DNA of 64,000 bases from NCBI GenBank assembly GCA_964360585.1, contig CAYHXC010000004.1, forward strand, positions 15,366-79,365, given 5' to 3'. Shown one piece after another: positions 27,961 through 38,367 of this stretch. The notes under the pieces are model-generated. The model worked only from the letters and a program-made list of their open reading frames with translations, ran no database searches and had not been told where the DNA came from. Origin of the DNA: an uncultured Candidatus Saccharibacteria bacterium (GTDB taxonomy: Bacteria; Patescibacteriota; Minisyncoccia; UBA6257; 2-01-FULL-56-20). Made by a program: the position numbers and the translations under genes. Positions within the stretch are counted from its first letter, which is position 1. Each line of letters starts with the position of its first letter.

Positions 27961-28647
27961 ATGCTTCAAATCAGCGAGTGGGTACCAAATCCAAAAGGGG
28001 TGGATACGCAGAGCGAGTGGATTGAGTTCCAGAATACGGGGACGGCTTCTCTAAATACCGCCGGTTGGTTTTTGAAAAACGAAAAAGGTGCGCGGATAAG
28101 TTTGCCGGCGAAGACGCTGGGTCCGGGAGAGTTTTTAACGATCGGGCGGCCGCAGTATAAAGTGGCGTTTCGGAATACGAACGGTGGTGTGGCTCTTTAT
28201 AATCCCGCGGGACAGAAAGTAGATGAAGCTAGTTTCTTAGGGACAGCGCCGGAAGGAAAAGCTTTTGCCGCGCCACGCCGTAGCTTTAGCGAAGGCGGGA
28301 TAGCCAACGACAACACAAACAAGCGTTTCTCCTGGATCCAGCCGACGAAAGACGCGACGAACACCGAAGCAGTTGTCCTTGCCCAAAGTAATTTCCCCAT
28401 CGGAATCCCTTTAAATCCGCCGCAACTTCCCTTCGCCTCGCTCGCCCTTTTCCCTATTCTCATAACCGGCTTCGTTCTCTATACTGTTAAGCAAGATGAA
28501 GTCCTATCGAACCTCCTCTTTGGCGGAAACCAAGACATTCGCGAAAACGAAGCTCTTGCCTATACTCTTATCGAAGAAACCCCTCCAGACGACTTCGTCT
28601 CGTCGGGGCAAGCCGAAAATGGCTACAATTCTCGCTCTAACCGGTGA
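27961..28647 (+). CDS. lamin tail domain (LTD) protein with C-terminal TM helix
   Basis: ISEWVPNPKGVDTQSEWIEFQN...AGWFL matches LTD N-terminal signature. Confidence 0.55.
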   Translation: MLQISEWVPNPKGVDTQSEWIEFQNTGTASLNTAGWFLKNEKGARISLPAKTLGPGEFLTIGRPQYKVAFRNTNGGVALYNPAGQKVDEASFLGTAPEGKAFAAPRRSFSEGGIANDNTNKRFSWIQPTKDATNTEAVVLAQSNFPIGIPLNPPQLPFASLALFPILITGFVLYTVKQDEVLSNLLFGGNQDIRENEALAYTLIEETPPDDFVSSGQAENGYNSRSNR

Positions 28648-29008
28648 GTTGGGGAGTGGGAAGACTGAACTGACACGCAGTTTGCTTCGCGTTTTGGGCG
28701 TGAAAGGACGGGTGACGAGTCCGACATTTACGCTGATCCGGAAATATAAGTTGTCCGCGCGGACGCCTTTTAAGTTGGCTTTTCATATTGACTGCTATCG
28801 TTTAAAAAAACCGGAAGAACTACTGATGCTGGGTTTTCGCGAGATTATCGAAAATCCCGAGCATCTCGTCATCATCGAGTGGCCCGAGCTGATGAAGAAA
28901 TATATTCCGTCGCGATCAACGGTTAAAATTTCTTTGTCGCACGGCTCGCCTCGCTCACGCTTTGGCGAAGCGGGCAAAAAACAAAACGAGCGGATAATTA
29001 GATTCTAA
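28496..29008 (+). CDS. tsaE: tRNA t6A biosynthesis ATPase TsaE (YjeE)
   Basis: P-loop [18 protein letters not shown] motif; true start may be internal ATG 28619 because of 150-nt overlap with upstream gene. Confidence 0.65.
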   Translation: MKSYRTSSLAETKTFAKTKLLPILLSKKPLQTTSSRRGKPKMATILALTGELGSGKTELTRSLLRVLGVKGRVTSPTFTLIRKYKLSARTPFKLAFHIDCYRLKKPEELLMLGFREIIENPEHLVIIEWPELMKKYIPSRSTVKISLSHGSPRSRFGEAGKKQNERIIRF

Positions 29009-29010
29009 TC

Positions 29011-29736
29011 ATGAAAAAAGTTGACGCCTACGGTGAAGAGCTTTGGGATTTGTATAAGGGGAATATCAAATTAGAAATTGTCGAACGCGACGATAATTTT
29101 ATTGCTACCGGAAATTACGGCCAGGTATATTTTTATGATTTTAAAGATTGGCCAGCGATTGAGAAGAAGGCTATGAAGTTTGCAAAAGGAAAAGTTCTTG
29201 ATGTTGGTTGTGGCGCAGGAAGACATTCTATCTACTTGCAGAAAAAGGGTTTTGATGTGATTGGAATTGATGATTCTCCTCTGGCTATAAAAGTTTCTCG
29301 ATTGAGAGGATTGAAGCAGGCGAGGATTTTGCCCATCGAGAAGATCGATATTCTTAAGAAAAAGTCTTTCGATACAATTTTAATGCTTGGGAATAACTTC
29401 GGACTTTTTGGTAGCAGAACGAAAACAAAACAGCTTCTCAATAAAATGCATCAAATTACTTCTGATAAAGCATTAATCATTGCTCAAACTAGAGATCCTT
29501 ATAATACCAAGAACAAAGACCACCTCGGTTATCTAAAATGGAATCGACAAAGGGGGAGGATGTCTGGCCAGCTTCGTCTGCGAATTCGTCATCGAAAATT
29601 TGTTGGAGACTGGTTCGATTATCTGATGGTTTCTCAGGAGGAAATGAAAGATTTGGTGAAAGGAACAGGTTGGAAAATTGATAGATTTATTTCTTCAAAA
29701 GATTCGCAGTACGTCGCGGTAATTAAGAAAGTTTAA
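29011..29736 (+). CDS. class I SAM-dependent methyltransferase
   Basis: motif [13 protein letters not shown], motif [10 protein letters not shown]. Confidence 0.7.
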   Translation: MKKVDAYGEELWDLYKGNIKLEIVERDDNFIATGNYGQVYFYDFKDWPAIEKKAMKFAKGKVLDVGCGAGRHSIYLQKKGFDVIGIDDSPLAIKVSRLRGLKQARILPIEKIDILKKKSFDTILMLGNNFGLFGSRTKTKQLLNKMHQITSDKALIIAQTRDPYNTKNKDHLGYLKWNRQRGRMSGQLRLRIRHRKFVGDWFDYLMVSQEEMKDLVKGTGWKIDRFISSKDSQYVAVIKKV

Positions 29737-29742
29737 TTAGCC

Positions 29743-30321
29743 ATGAGAAAAATCGTACTTGCGTCATCATCGCCACGAAGGAAAGAAATCTTTAGCAAAA
29801 CGAAACTGCCTTTTATTGTTGATCTGGGCGATTACGAAGAAGATATGACTTTAAAGATGAAGCCAATAGAACTGGCCAAGTTTTTGTCGCGAGGGAAAGC
29901 TGAGTCGGTGGCCAAAAGACACAAGAATGCGATTGTGATTGGCGCCGATACGTTCATTGCTCACAAAGATATAGTTTTAGGAAAGCCCCATATTTCAAGA
30001 AAAGCGAAAGAAATGTTGAAGATGTTAAGTGGCAAAACACACTCAGTTGTTACTGGGTACACCATCATCGACACGAAAACAGGAAAAAGTATTTCTCGGA
30101 CCAATGAGAGTAAAATTCATTTCAGAAAGATTAGTGATCGAGAAATTGATGCCTATGTTAAAACAGGAGAACCATTAGACAAAGCTGGAGCGTACGCCGT
30201 CCAAGAGCGTGGCGCCGTATTCATAAAAAAGATCGAAGGAGATTTTATGAATGTTATGGGATTGCCTTTGTATGAGATCATGGAAGAGCTCAAGAAATTT
30301 GGAATAAAGCCATTTATGTAA
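29743..30321 (+). CDS. maf: Maf-like nucleoside triphosphate pyrophosphatase
   Basis: N-terminal LASSSPRRKEI, GADT and K..D motifs of Maf/Ham1 fold. Confidence 0.8.
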   Translation: MRKIVLASSSPRRKEIFSKTKLPFIVDLGDYEEDMTLKMKPIELAKFLSRGKAESVAKRHKNAIVIGADTFIAHKDIVLGKPHISRKAKEMLKMLSGKTHSVVTGYTIIDTKTGKSISRTNESKIHFRKISDREIDAYVKTGEPLDKAGAYAVQERGAVFIKKIEGDFMNVMGLPLYEIMEELKKFGIKPFM

Positions 30322-30322
30322 G

Positions 30323-31204
30323 ATGAATAAATCAAAATCGCTGACTTTTATACTTTCCTGTGTTGTTCTTTGGAGTTTTATTCCTGTTGTCTCTAGGCTT
30401 GGTCAACAAGGTCTGGATAACTACCAATTTCTTTTTTGGTCTAGTCTCCTTTCGTTTATTGTTCTCTTTCTCAGCACTTTCATCGTTGGCAAGACAGCCG
30501 ATTTTAAGAATTACTCAACAAGGAAGATCTTAATTGCTTTTGGATTAGGTTTTTTGGGCACATTTCTTTATTATCTTCTTCTCTATTTTGCCTACGCTCA
30601 CATAAGCGGTCTTGAGGTATTAGTGATCCAGTATACTTGGCCAATCTTCATTGTTCTATTTTCCAGCTTCCTTCTTAAAGAAAAACTAACTCCGAAAACT
30701 ATCCTTTCTGTTATTCTAGGCTTTCTTGGTGTGATTTTAGTGCTTACAAGAGGTAATTTGGGTCAACTTTATTTGAGTAATATTTCCATGGACCTTCTTG
30801 TGTTGTTGGCTGCTTCGGTGTTCGGCCTTTTCTCTGTGCTGAGTAAAAAAGCCGACCTTGAACCGTTTACGGGTACGACTCTTTTCTTTTTGGCAGCAAC
30901 CATATTTTCTTTTATTTCGATGCTCGTTCTTTCGAATTTTGTTATGCCAACCAAAGAATCGTTAATTCCCATTCTAGGGAATGGTATTCTCATAAACGGC
31001 TTCTCGTATGTCTTATGGCTGAAGGGTCTGAAGTATGCCGATGCTTCATTTGCGGCTCCATTTGTCTTTCTTACTCCCATACTGGCCGCTATTCTCGTTG
31101 TCATATTTTTTAACGAAGTCTTTTTGCCCGTGTATTTTGTTGGACTTTTGTTGGTAATCGGTGCTGGCTTAATTACTTTGCAGTCAAAACCACGTTCGTC
31201 ATGA
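30323..31204 (+). CDS. EamA/DMT-superfamily transporter
   Basis: 10 predicted TM helices in two repeats. Confidence 0.65.
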   Translation: MNKSKSLTFILSCVVLWSFIPVVSRLGQQGLDNYQFLFWSSLLSFIVLFLSTFIVGKTADFKNYSTRKILIAFGLGFLGTFLYYLLLYFAYAHISGLEVLVIQYTWPIFIVLFSSFLLKEKLTPKTILSVILGFLGVILVLTRGNLGQLYLSNISMDLLVLLAASVFGLFSVLSKKADLEPFTGTTLFFLAATIFSFISMLVLSNFVMPTKESLIPILGNGILINGFSYVLWLKGLKYADASFAAPFVFLTPILAAILVVIFFNEVFLPVYFVGLLLVIGAGLITLQSKPRSS

Positions 31205-31746
31205 AACTCTACAGATTTAGTCCAATTGAAAATCGGGAGCAGTTGATAGAGGCAATTCAGCACACGCATTTTGCTTGTTATCAGTTGTGCAAGCAGGCGC
31301 TCGGATACTATTTACCGAATGCAGGGAACATCGGGATATTTTGTCATTACGATGAGGAGTACGCGCGACTTACGGAGATACGAAAGGAACTGACCGAAGC
31401 ATCGGATAATCTCGATCAGAAATACTATCGGCTACATAATCCCATTGTTGTTTCGGCCAAAGACGATGTGCCAGAAACTACCTACACCCATCTTTATATC
31501 CGTCGACCAGATCCGTATCGACATCAGGTGGGGGACGTGGATTTCTATTTAGAATCCGAGAAGTATGCCGAACTGAAACAATCTTTGTTGGACGGTAAGC
31601 AGATAAAAGGCGCGCGAGTGTTTGACCGACCCGATCTCGACATGATCGAGCTCTACGACCCAGACGTCGATGCCTTGGGGTATATTAGTACGAAGACTAT
31701 GACCGAAAAGGTGCGGGCGAAACTTTCAGACGCAACGAAGCTGTAG
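31201..31746 (+). CDS. hypothetical protein
   Basis: 181 aa, 4-nt overlap with upstream gene. Confidence 0.4.
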   Translation: MKLYRFSPIENREQLIEAIQHTHFACYQLCKQALGYYLPNAGNIGIFCHYDEEYARLTEIRKELTEASDNLDQKYYRLHNPIVVSAKDDVPETTYTHLYIRRPDPYRHQVGDVDFYLESEKYAELKQSLLDGKQIKGARVFDRPDLDMIELYDPDVDALGYISTKTMTEKVRAKLSDATKL

Positions 31747-31765
31747 AATTATAGCCCAATAGTAA

Positions 31766-32695
31766 ATGAGTAAATCGTTCAGATCAGAAAAAAAGAGACG
31801 GGCTACACTTACCAGAAAAGAACGGCGAGCTGTTTTATCTAGTGATTCTTCTTTCGAGTCAGTTATACGAGCGACTTACTTTGATAATTACGATCTTCCC
31901 TGTCCCGTGCGGGTCGATATAGCCACAAAGGGTAAGAAGATTAGATCAGTAGTTCTTCGCCGAAGTCGTCATGGTTCTATAAAAAAAGAAGCGCAGATAT
32001 TTAAAGCTCTCAGTGAATTTGGTCTGCCAGTGCCAGAAGTTCTCAAAGAACCGTTTAAGAACGAGAAAGGAGAGTGGGTGGCTGTATACTCGTTATTGCC
32101 TGGAGAGAATCTCCAAAAACTCAGCATGGGCTCCAAGAAAGATTTAGCTTTGGCAAAACGTCTTGTTGTAGAAGCTGTATTAAAACTAAGCAAGGCCACT
32201 CGTTTTATTAACAAGCACAAAGTATCAAGATTACTCCCTCGCCATACCTTAGTCTCTGAACTGAAGGCAGTAAGTGAACCCGATAATCCATGGATAAGTG
32301 AAGAGATATTCAAATCGACAAAGAAGTATTTGGACGGAGTTATTCCAAAGATCAAAACTCCCCTTATTCTATCTAACGGAGATTACCAGCCTGGAAACTT
32401 CCTCGAACAAAACGGCAAATTAACAGGCTTTCTTGATTTCGAATCACCGTCATTTTCGGATCCGTTAATGGGGTTTGTAAAATATCCTATTTATGATCTT
32501 TATCCTTTGGGACGGACGAATATCGTAGAAGTGTTTCTTAAAAAAGCAGGATTCTCGAAAAAGGATTTTAAAATACGCTTAGCATTAGGTTGTTTGAAAG
32601 TGCTCAAGAAAGAGATACCTATTAGCGGTGGCAATACAGAAATGAAAAAGTACCGCAATAGAGTTTTGAGGTTAATAAAGGAAATAGTTTACTGA
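31766..32695 (+). CDS. phosphotransferase-family (APH/kinase-like) protein
   Basis: Brenner motif ILSNGDYQPGNFL and DFE. Confidence 0.55.
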   Translation: MSKSFRSEKKRRATLTRKERRAVLSSDSSFESVIRATYFDNYDLPCPVRVDIATKGKKIRSVVLRRSRHGSIKKEAQIFKALSEFGLPVPEVLKEPFKNEKGEWVAVYSLLPGENLQKLSMGSKKDLALAKRLVVEAVLKLSKATRFINKHKVSRLLPRHTLVSELKAVSEPDNPWISEEIFKSTKKYLDGVIPKIKTPLILSNGDYQPGNFLEQNGKLTGFLDFESPSFSDPLMGFVKYPIYDLYPLGRTNIVEVFLKKAGFSKKDFKIRLALGCLKVLKKEIPISGGNTEMKKYRNRVLRLIKEIVY

Positions 32696-32697
32696 TT

Positions 32698-33280
32698 ATG
32701 ACCAAGTTTATTTTTTGTTGGTGGATATCCGCAAAGAGCTTCTGATGGTGGCAAGGGTTTAGCTGAAGAGCTGACTAAGGGATTTGAAGAGCCGATTAAA
32801 TTACTTATTTGTTACTTTGCCAGGCCTCGTCTTGGGTGGGAGGAGGATATGCGTGCTGATGAGCTCGTTATTTCGCAACACCTTCAAGGGAAAAAGGTAG
32901 AGTATCAGATAGCTCATCCAGAATCTTTTATTGATCAACTAAAATGGATGAACGCCATGTATATTCGGGGCGGAGAAACGAAAAAACTGATTGAGTTATT
33001 ATCTCAGTCTCCAGGGTGGGAGAAGGAGCTCGAAGGGAAAACAGTGGCCGGAGGTTCGGCTGGCGCCATTGCTTTAGGGAAGTATAGCTATGATTTAGAT
33101 AATCTCGGCCTGGAAGAGGGGCTGGGTCTGGTGCCTGTCAAAGTACTGGTACATTATCGCTCTAATTACAACGCGCCGAATATTGATTGGGACAAAGCGG
33201 AGGTAGAACTGAAAAACTATAAAGAAGATTTGCCCCTCCTCAAATTAGCGGAAGGGGAATTTAGAGTAATTGAACAATAA
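32698..33280 (+). pseudogene. peptidase S51 (dipeptidase E-like) with frameshift at T6 run
   Basis: GGSAGAIALG nucleophile motif; N-terminal exon MTKFIF (32698..) and the main ORF join if one T of TTTTTT (32711-32716) is removed, giving MTKFIFVGGYPQRASDGG... Confidence 0.5.
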
Positions 33281-33346
33281 AAAAGAGCCAACGCAGGGGT
33301 TGGCTCGGGTGGCGGTGGCTGTCGCGTTGTTATTCTCCAAGATCCT

Positions 33347-33706
33347 TCAGAGAAGGTCAGAGAGGAGGTCGCGCAACATTTGTTTGTACGCGTATGGTGA
33401 GTGCCTCAACCGTTTATCGGGTTTGTCGACGAAGAGGTCGTTGTTGAGCAGCTTTTCGTGAAGCTCGTTGATGAGGGAGGCAACCTCAGCAACCTCTGGA
33501 CGCTCACGCATGACGTTGCGAGCTTCTCCGGTTACATGGGTTGACTCGGCTTCCTTGCTTTCCCAGCCCTCGACCGGTGGTTTTTCATTCATACCTTCAT
33601 TTTCAGGGCCGGCGGAAAAATTGTCAAATAGAATGAGGGGTCCTATATTGGGGTATACTGTAGAGGGATTTAGGGGTACGGAAGCGGATATACATGAGAT
33701 TGCCAC
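33347..33706 (-). CDS. hypothetical protein
   Basis: 119 aa ORF on minus strand upstream of polA. Confidence 0.3.
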   Translation of the reverse strand: MAISCISASVPLNPSTVYPNIGPLILFDNFSAGPENEGMNEKPPVEGWESKEAESTHVTGEARNVMRERPEVAEVASLINELHEKLLNNDLFVDKPDKRLRHSPYAYKQMLRDLLSDLL

Positions 33707-33759
33707 GCTCCTGCTGGAGCTCGCAATGACATTTCCTATCTACTAATTACTAACGACTC

Positions 33760-36267
33760 ATGAAAACTCTTCTTCTTATTGATTCACACTCGCTCATTCA
33801 TCGGGCGTATCATGCCTTGCCGCCACTCACGTCGCCGGATGGGAAGCCGGCTCAGGCGCTCTATGGCTTGGGGAGTATTCTTCTGAAGATTACGGGCGAG
33901 GATAAGCCGGACTATATTGCGGCGCTTTTTGATCGGCCGGAGCCGACGTTTCGGGAGAAGAAGTATGAAGCCTATAAAGCCCAGCGACCAAAAGCAGCGG
34001 ACGAACTAGTTAGCCAGTTGATCGAAGCCCGAAATCTTTTTTCTGCTTTCGGCATTCCAGTTTTTGAACTGCCTGGATATGAAGCCGATGATCTGATTGC
34101 TACCTTCGCCCTCCACTACTCGAAAGAAAAAGATGTGTGTGCGGTTATTTTAACGGGCGATATGGATACGATGCAGTTGGTCACGGATAAAAAAATTATG
34201 GTTAGGGTTTTGAAAAAAGGAGTTTCAGAGACGATGCTCTATGACGAAGCGGCGGTCAAAGAACGGTATGGGTTACCGCCAGAAAAACTGATCGACTATA
34301 AAGCTCTTGTGGGGGATAGCTCCGACAATATTAAAGGAGTGGTTGGTGTGGGACCGAAGACGGCAGCTGACCTTATTCAGCGATACGGAAGTTTGGACAA
34401 GATTTTAAAGAGTAAGGATAAGGATAAGAAAGTCCTCCATATCCAAGAGAATAAAAAAGATGCACTTTTGTCGCGAGAGTTGGTGGAGTTGCTGGGAGGG
34501 GCACCCATCAAGATGCCGCCGCTCCAGAAATTACACTGCGAGTCTGATCCAGAAATGATTAAGGCTTATTTCGAGAAGTTTGGATTTGGGAGTTTATTGC
34601 GGCGGATGGGGTTCCAGGAAGCCGCTGTCCAAAAGAAAAAAGAAAAGGAGCCGGTCAAAGCAACCTATCAAAATCTTTTCTCGAATATTGCTCAGCCTCA
34701 AAGTGCGCATACTATTCATGACGAAGTGGTTGTTTTCCGAGGAGGGGTTTTGCCGAAATCTTCCGAGTTGTCTTCCAAGAAAACCAAACTGGGATTTAAT
34801 CTGAAACCGGCCGTGCGGGAAGTGCGGAAGATGGGCGGAATTTTGCGGCCACCGTTTTTTGATCTTGGCGTTGGATTCTGGCTGACTGATTCTGTTCGAA
34901 AAGAATACGATCCGGAAGCTTTCTTCCAGGAGTTTTTTAAGCGGTTGTTTAAAGACTCAGATGAGGATATTTTGGCGGCGCAGAAGTTTTTGAAAAAGAA
35001 ACTGACCGACGATGGATTGATGTATGTGTTCTCGGAAATCGAGATGCCGGTTTTGGATATACTGGCCGATATGGAGCAGTGGGGGATCACGACGAATAAA
35101 GCGGTTTTGAAGAAGGTGGAGAAGAAGATGACTGACGCGATCGCCATTTTGGAGAAGAGTATATATAAGAAGGCTGGTCGTGAGTTCAATATAAATTCTT
35201 CGGGCCAGCTCGGGGAAATTTTGTTTGATAAGCTCGGTTTGGTTTTGCCGCGGAATATAAAGACACCGGGCGGGGCGCGATCGACGCGAGCGGAGGTTTT
35301 GGAGATTTTGAAGGACACGCATCCGATCGTGCCGATGATTTTGGAGTATCGCGAGTTGTTTAAGTTGAACAGCACCTACGTTTCCACACTGCCTGACTAT
35401 ATTGAAAAGGATGGTCGGATGCGGACGGAATATTTGCAGATGGGTACGGCTACGGGGCGGATCGGCTCGGCTTCACCGAACTTGCAGAACATCCCGCGCG
35501 AGTCGTCCTGGTCGCCGGAGATTCGGAAGGCGTTTGAGGCGACCAAGGGATATTCGTTGGTCGCTTTTGACTACTCGCAGATTGAGTTGCGGTTGCTCGC
35601 GGCGGTATCTGGCGATGGCGCTCTGATCCAGGCGTTTCAGCGCGGCGATGATATTCATAGATTGACTGCTTCAAAAGTTTTGAAGATAAAACCGGAGCAG
35701 GTGAAGCCCGAGATGCGTCGCATGGCCAAAGTACTGAATTTTGGTTTGATCTACGGCATGGGCGCGCGGGCGTTTAGTAAGACGAGTGGTTTTTCTCAGG
35801 CAGACTCGGCGGCGTTTATCAAAACCTATTATGAAGAGTTTCCTCGGGTGAAGGAGTTCCAGGAAAAGGTGAAGGCTGAAGCACGGAAGTTTGGCTATGT
35901 GAAGACGCTAACAGGCCGGCGACGGTACTTCCCTGAGATTGTCTCGGGCGCGCCGCAGTTTGTGGCGGCGGCCGAACGCGAAGCGATGAATCATCCGCTT
36001 CAGGGCTTGGATGCGGATATTAATAAGCTCGCGATGATCAAAGTGGCGGAGTGGCTGAAGGATAAGGGCTACTGGGGGAAGGAGGTGAAGTTACTTTTAA
36101 CGATTCATGATGAATTGCTGTTCGAGATTCGCGATGATAAGATTGAGGAGACAGCCCCCAAAATCCGCGATCTCATGGAAGGTGCGTATCAACTTTCCGT
36201 GCCGCTAACGGTACAGATTTCGGTTGGCAAAAACTGGGGATCTCTTGTGTCTCGAAATAAAAAATGA
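33760..36267 (+). CDS. polA: DNA polymerase I
   Basis: 5'-3' exonuclease domain, motif A DYSQIELR, motif B RRMAKVLNFGLIYGM, motif C HDE. Confidence 0.9.
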   Translation: MKTLLLIDSHSLIHRAYHALPPLTSPDGKPAQALYGLGSILLKITGEDKPDYIAALFDRPEPTFREKKYEAYKAQRPKAADELVSQLIEARNLFSAFGIPVFELPGYEADDLIATFALHYSKEKDVCAVILTGDMDTMQLVTDKKIMVRVLKKGVSETMLYDEAAVKERYGLPPEKLIDYKALVGDSSDNIKGVVGVGPKTAADLIQRYGSLDKILKSKDKDKKVLHIQENKKDALLSRELVELLGGAPIKMPPLQKLHCESDPEMIKAYFEKFGFGSLLRRMGFQEAAVQKKKEKEPVKATYQNLFSNIAQPQSAHTIHDEVVVFRGGVLPKSSELSSKKTKLGFNLKPAVREVRKMGGILRPPFFDLGVGFWLTDSVRKEYDPEAFFQEFFKRLFKDSDEDILAAQKFLKKKLTDDGLMYVFSEIEMPVLDILADMEQWGITTNKAVLKKVEKKMTDAIAILEKSIYKKAGREFNINSSGQLGEILFDKLGLVLPRNIKTPGGARSTRAEVLEILKDTHPIVPMILEYRELFKLNSTYVSTLPDYIEKDGRMRTEYLQMGTATGRIGSASPNLQNIPRESSWSPEIRKAFEATKGYSLVAFDYSQIELRLLAAVSGDGALIQAFQRGDDIHRLTASKVLKIKPEQVKPEMRRMAKVLNFGLIYGMGARAFSKTSGFSQADSAAFIKTYYEEFPRVKEFQEKVKAEARKFGYVKTLTGRRRYFPEIVSGAPQFVAAAEREAMNHPLQGLDADINKLAMIKVAEWLKDKGYWGKEVKLLLTIHDELLFEIRDDKIEETAPKIRDLMEGAYQLSVPLTVQISVGKNWGSLVSRNKK

Positions 36268-36362
36268 CCATCTACTGCGTTACAACCATACGCTTCGCCC
36301 TCACTGTACCATCTAAGTACAGTTCGGTTGCGATGCTTGGTTAAGCCTTGTATCTGGCCCTT
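36268..36362. repeat. 'tctactgcgttac...gttgcgatgct' repeat family, copy after polA
   Basis: shares ~60 bp with two copies after gyrA (53735-53935). Confidence 0.5.
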
Positions 36363-36394
36363 TTTTATTTCAATCCACTCACTTACCGCTCTTT

Positions 36395-37744
36395 ATGAAT
36401 CAACTTTTTTCTCGATTTTTGAGCGCTTTTCGTTCCGAGACGATAAACCGTCCGGAAGGACGACTGGTTATTTTTACGCTCATTCTCTTTTTTGCTTTCC
36501 TCGTCTTTTCTTTTTTTTACCTGCCGCTTTCCTTGATTCTTTCGGCGATCGTTCTTTTTCTCTTATCGCTTTTCACACTCTTTCTTCTCCTCGCACAGTT
36601 CACAGTGGTAAAACAGGATACACAGGTTGAGCGGAGCGAGCTCAAGGAAATTTTAGTGAATCTTGAGGATGCACTCGTTGTTTACGATAAAGATTTTCGA
36701 GTTATCTTTTTTAATCCGGCGGCAGAAAAATTATTCCACATCCGGAAAGACGAAGTGGTAGGGAAAATTTTAACGCCGCAAAGCGTGAGTAATGAGTCTT
36801 TGAAATTGCTAACCCAAGTCATTTTTACTTCGCTTGCTCCAGTCATGATCAGTCGCTCGGAGGCGGGTATGTATCCGCAAGTGACGGATCTTTCTTGGGA
36901 GAATCCATTTCTCAATTTTCGGACATCAACCATGCCGCTTCGCGATGAGCTTGGCGAGGTGATCGGGTTTATGAAAATTGTCCGCGATCGGACACATGAG
37001 ATATCTCTTATCAAATCAAAAAACGAATTTATCGCCGTGGCTTCCCATCAACTTCGCACGCCGGTTACGAATCTCAAATGGTCACTCGAGTCATTAGCGA
37101 ATGAAGGGGGATTGTCCGAGGCGGCTCAAGGATATTTAACCAGTGCTATGGAAGGACAAAAACTGCTTTTGGCCGTTATTGAAGATCTTTTGTCGACAAG
37201 CAAGATTGAAGAAGGGCGTTTTGGCTATGAAATAAAAGAAGCAGATCTCGTTGACTTTATTGGCGAAATTTTGCCCTATGCAAAAACAGAAGCGGAAAAA
37301 ATTGGCGTGAAACTGTACTTTGATCGGCCGACCAATCCGTTACCAAAAGTCTTTATGGACACGCAAAAAATTACGATGGTTCTAGAAAATCTTTTGGATA
37401 ATGCTTTGCGGTACAACGTCAAAGACGGCGAGGTGACAGTACGGCTTGTGCCCGTCGAAGGTCAGCCCTTTATTGACGTGCAGGTAAAAGATACCGGCGT
37501 GGGTATTCCGAAGTCAGCGACCGAGAAGTTGTTCACCAAGTTCTTCCGCGCCGAGAACGTTATGAAGTCACAAACGACTGGAACCGGTTTGGGTTTGTAT
37601 ATCGCCCGAAATATTATTCAGGCGCACGGCGGCAGAGTCTGGGCCGAGTCGGAGGAGAATCGAGGAACGACTATGCATTTCACACTCTCAACCGATCGGG
37701 CGTTAGTGCCGACGCATGAGTTGCCGTTGGACCTCATTGCGTAA
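36395..37744 (+). CDS. sensor histidine kinase (TM + PAS + HisKA + HATPase)
   Basis: H-box HQLRTPVTNL, N box, G2 box GTGLGLYIARNII. Confidence 0.8.
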   Translation: MNQLFSRFLSAFRSETINRPEGRLVIFTLILFFAFLVFSFFYLPLSLILSAIVLFLLSLFTLFLLLAQFTVVKQDTQVERSELKEILVNLEDALVVYDKDFRVIFFNPAAEKLFHIRKDEVVGKILTPQSVSNESLKLLTQVIFTSLAPVMISRSEAGMYPQVTDLSWENPFLNFRTSTMPLRDELGEVIGFMKIVRDRTHEISLIKSKNEFIAVASHQLRTPVTNLKWSLESLANEGGLSEAAQGYLTSAMEGQKLLLAVIEDLLSTSKIEEGRFGYEIKEADLVDFIGEILPYAKTEAEKIGVKLYFDRPTNPLPKVFMDTQKITMVLENLLDNALRYNVKDGEVTVRLVPVEGQPFIDVQVKDTGVGIPKSATEKLFTKFFRAENVMKSQTTGTGLGLYIARNIIQAHGGRVWAESEENRGTTMHFTLSTDRALVPTHELPLDLIA

Positions 37745-37779
37745 CTAACAACTAAAAACTTAATACTTATAACGACTTG

Positions 37780-37900
37780 GTGTCATTGCGCCTGCCCATC
37801 CGTAGCCTTCTTGTCCGTCGAAGCTTTAGCGAAGTCGGAGGCGAAGGAGGGAGGAACGTAGTGACAAAGCTGAGCTTAGCTCTGCGTGGCAATCTTAAGA
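37780..37900. repeat. GTCATTGCG structured repeat family, copy 1 (degenerate)
   Basis: TGTCATTGCGCC ... GCGTGGCAATCTTAAGA; interior matches window end 63941-64000. Confidence 0.5.
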
Positions 37901-37937
37901 TACAGACTCTCTTAAGACTAGTCACAGAGGAGAAGCG

Positions 37938-38249
37938 TTGACGGCACGCAGTACTCACGAGATACTAGTAATTATGAATGTATCACATAAGCATCCAGAA
38001 GCGAGGGAGTCTGAGATTTTCGTTCGGAATATGAGCGAGGCGCACTATCTTCTTTTTAGTGATTGGTCTTCACGACGACGCGGACGGGTCGCATATGATG
38101 GTGATGGCAACGCTCTCAACTTTTCCGACTGGCTTCCGGTTTTTATTGAGGTATGGGAACTTGAGGAGCGGCACATTTCCATTTCTGAACTTAGACGAAA
38201 TCTTCTTACTAAAGAACAGGAGGCTTATGGAGTAACTAAGTCGGATTGA
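37938..38249 (+). CDS. hypothetical protein
   Basis: 103 aa ORF. Confidence 0.3.
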   Translation: MTARSTHEILVIMNVSHKHPEARESEIFVRNMSEAHYLLFSDWSSRRRGRVAYDGDGNALNFSDWLPVFIEVWELEERHISISELRRNLLTKEQEAYGVTKSD

Positions 38250-38367
38250 TCTATGTAGTATTTAGGAGCTCGCGGAAAAGATTGTATCGCTTCGTCTTGG
38301 AGAGACTTCGCTTGTTTAAACGTTCGAACGACTAGAACAATTACAACATTTAGAACATAATGGTTCC

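Noticed and set aside
34716-35674. Several 60-220-aa ORFs on both strands inside polA
   Set aside because: Shadow ORFs of the DNA polymerase I reading frame.
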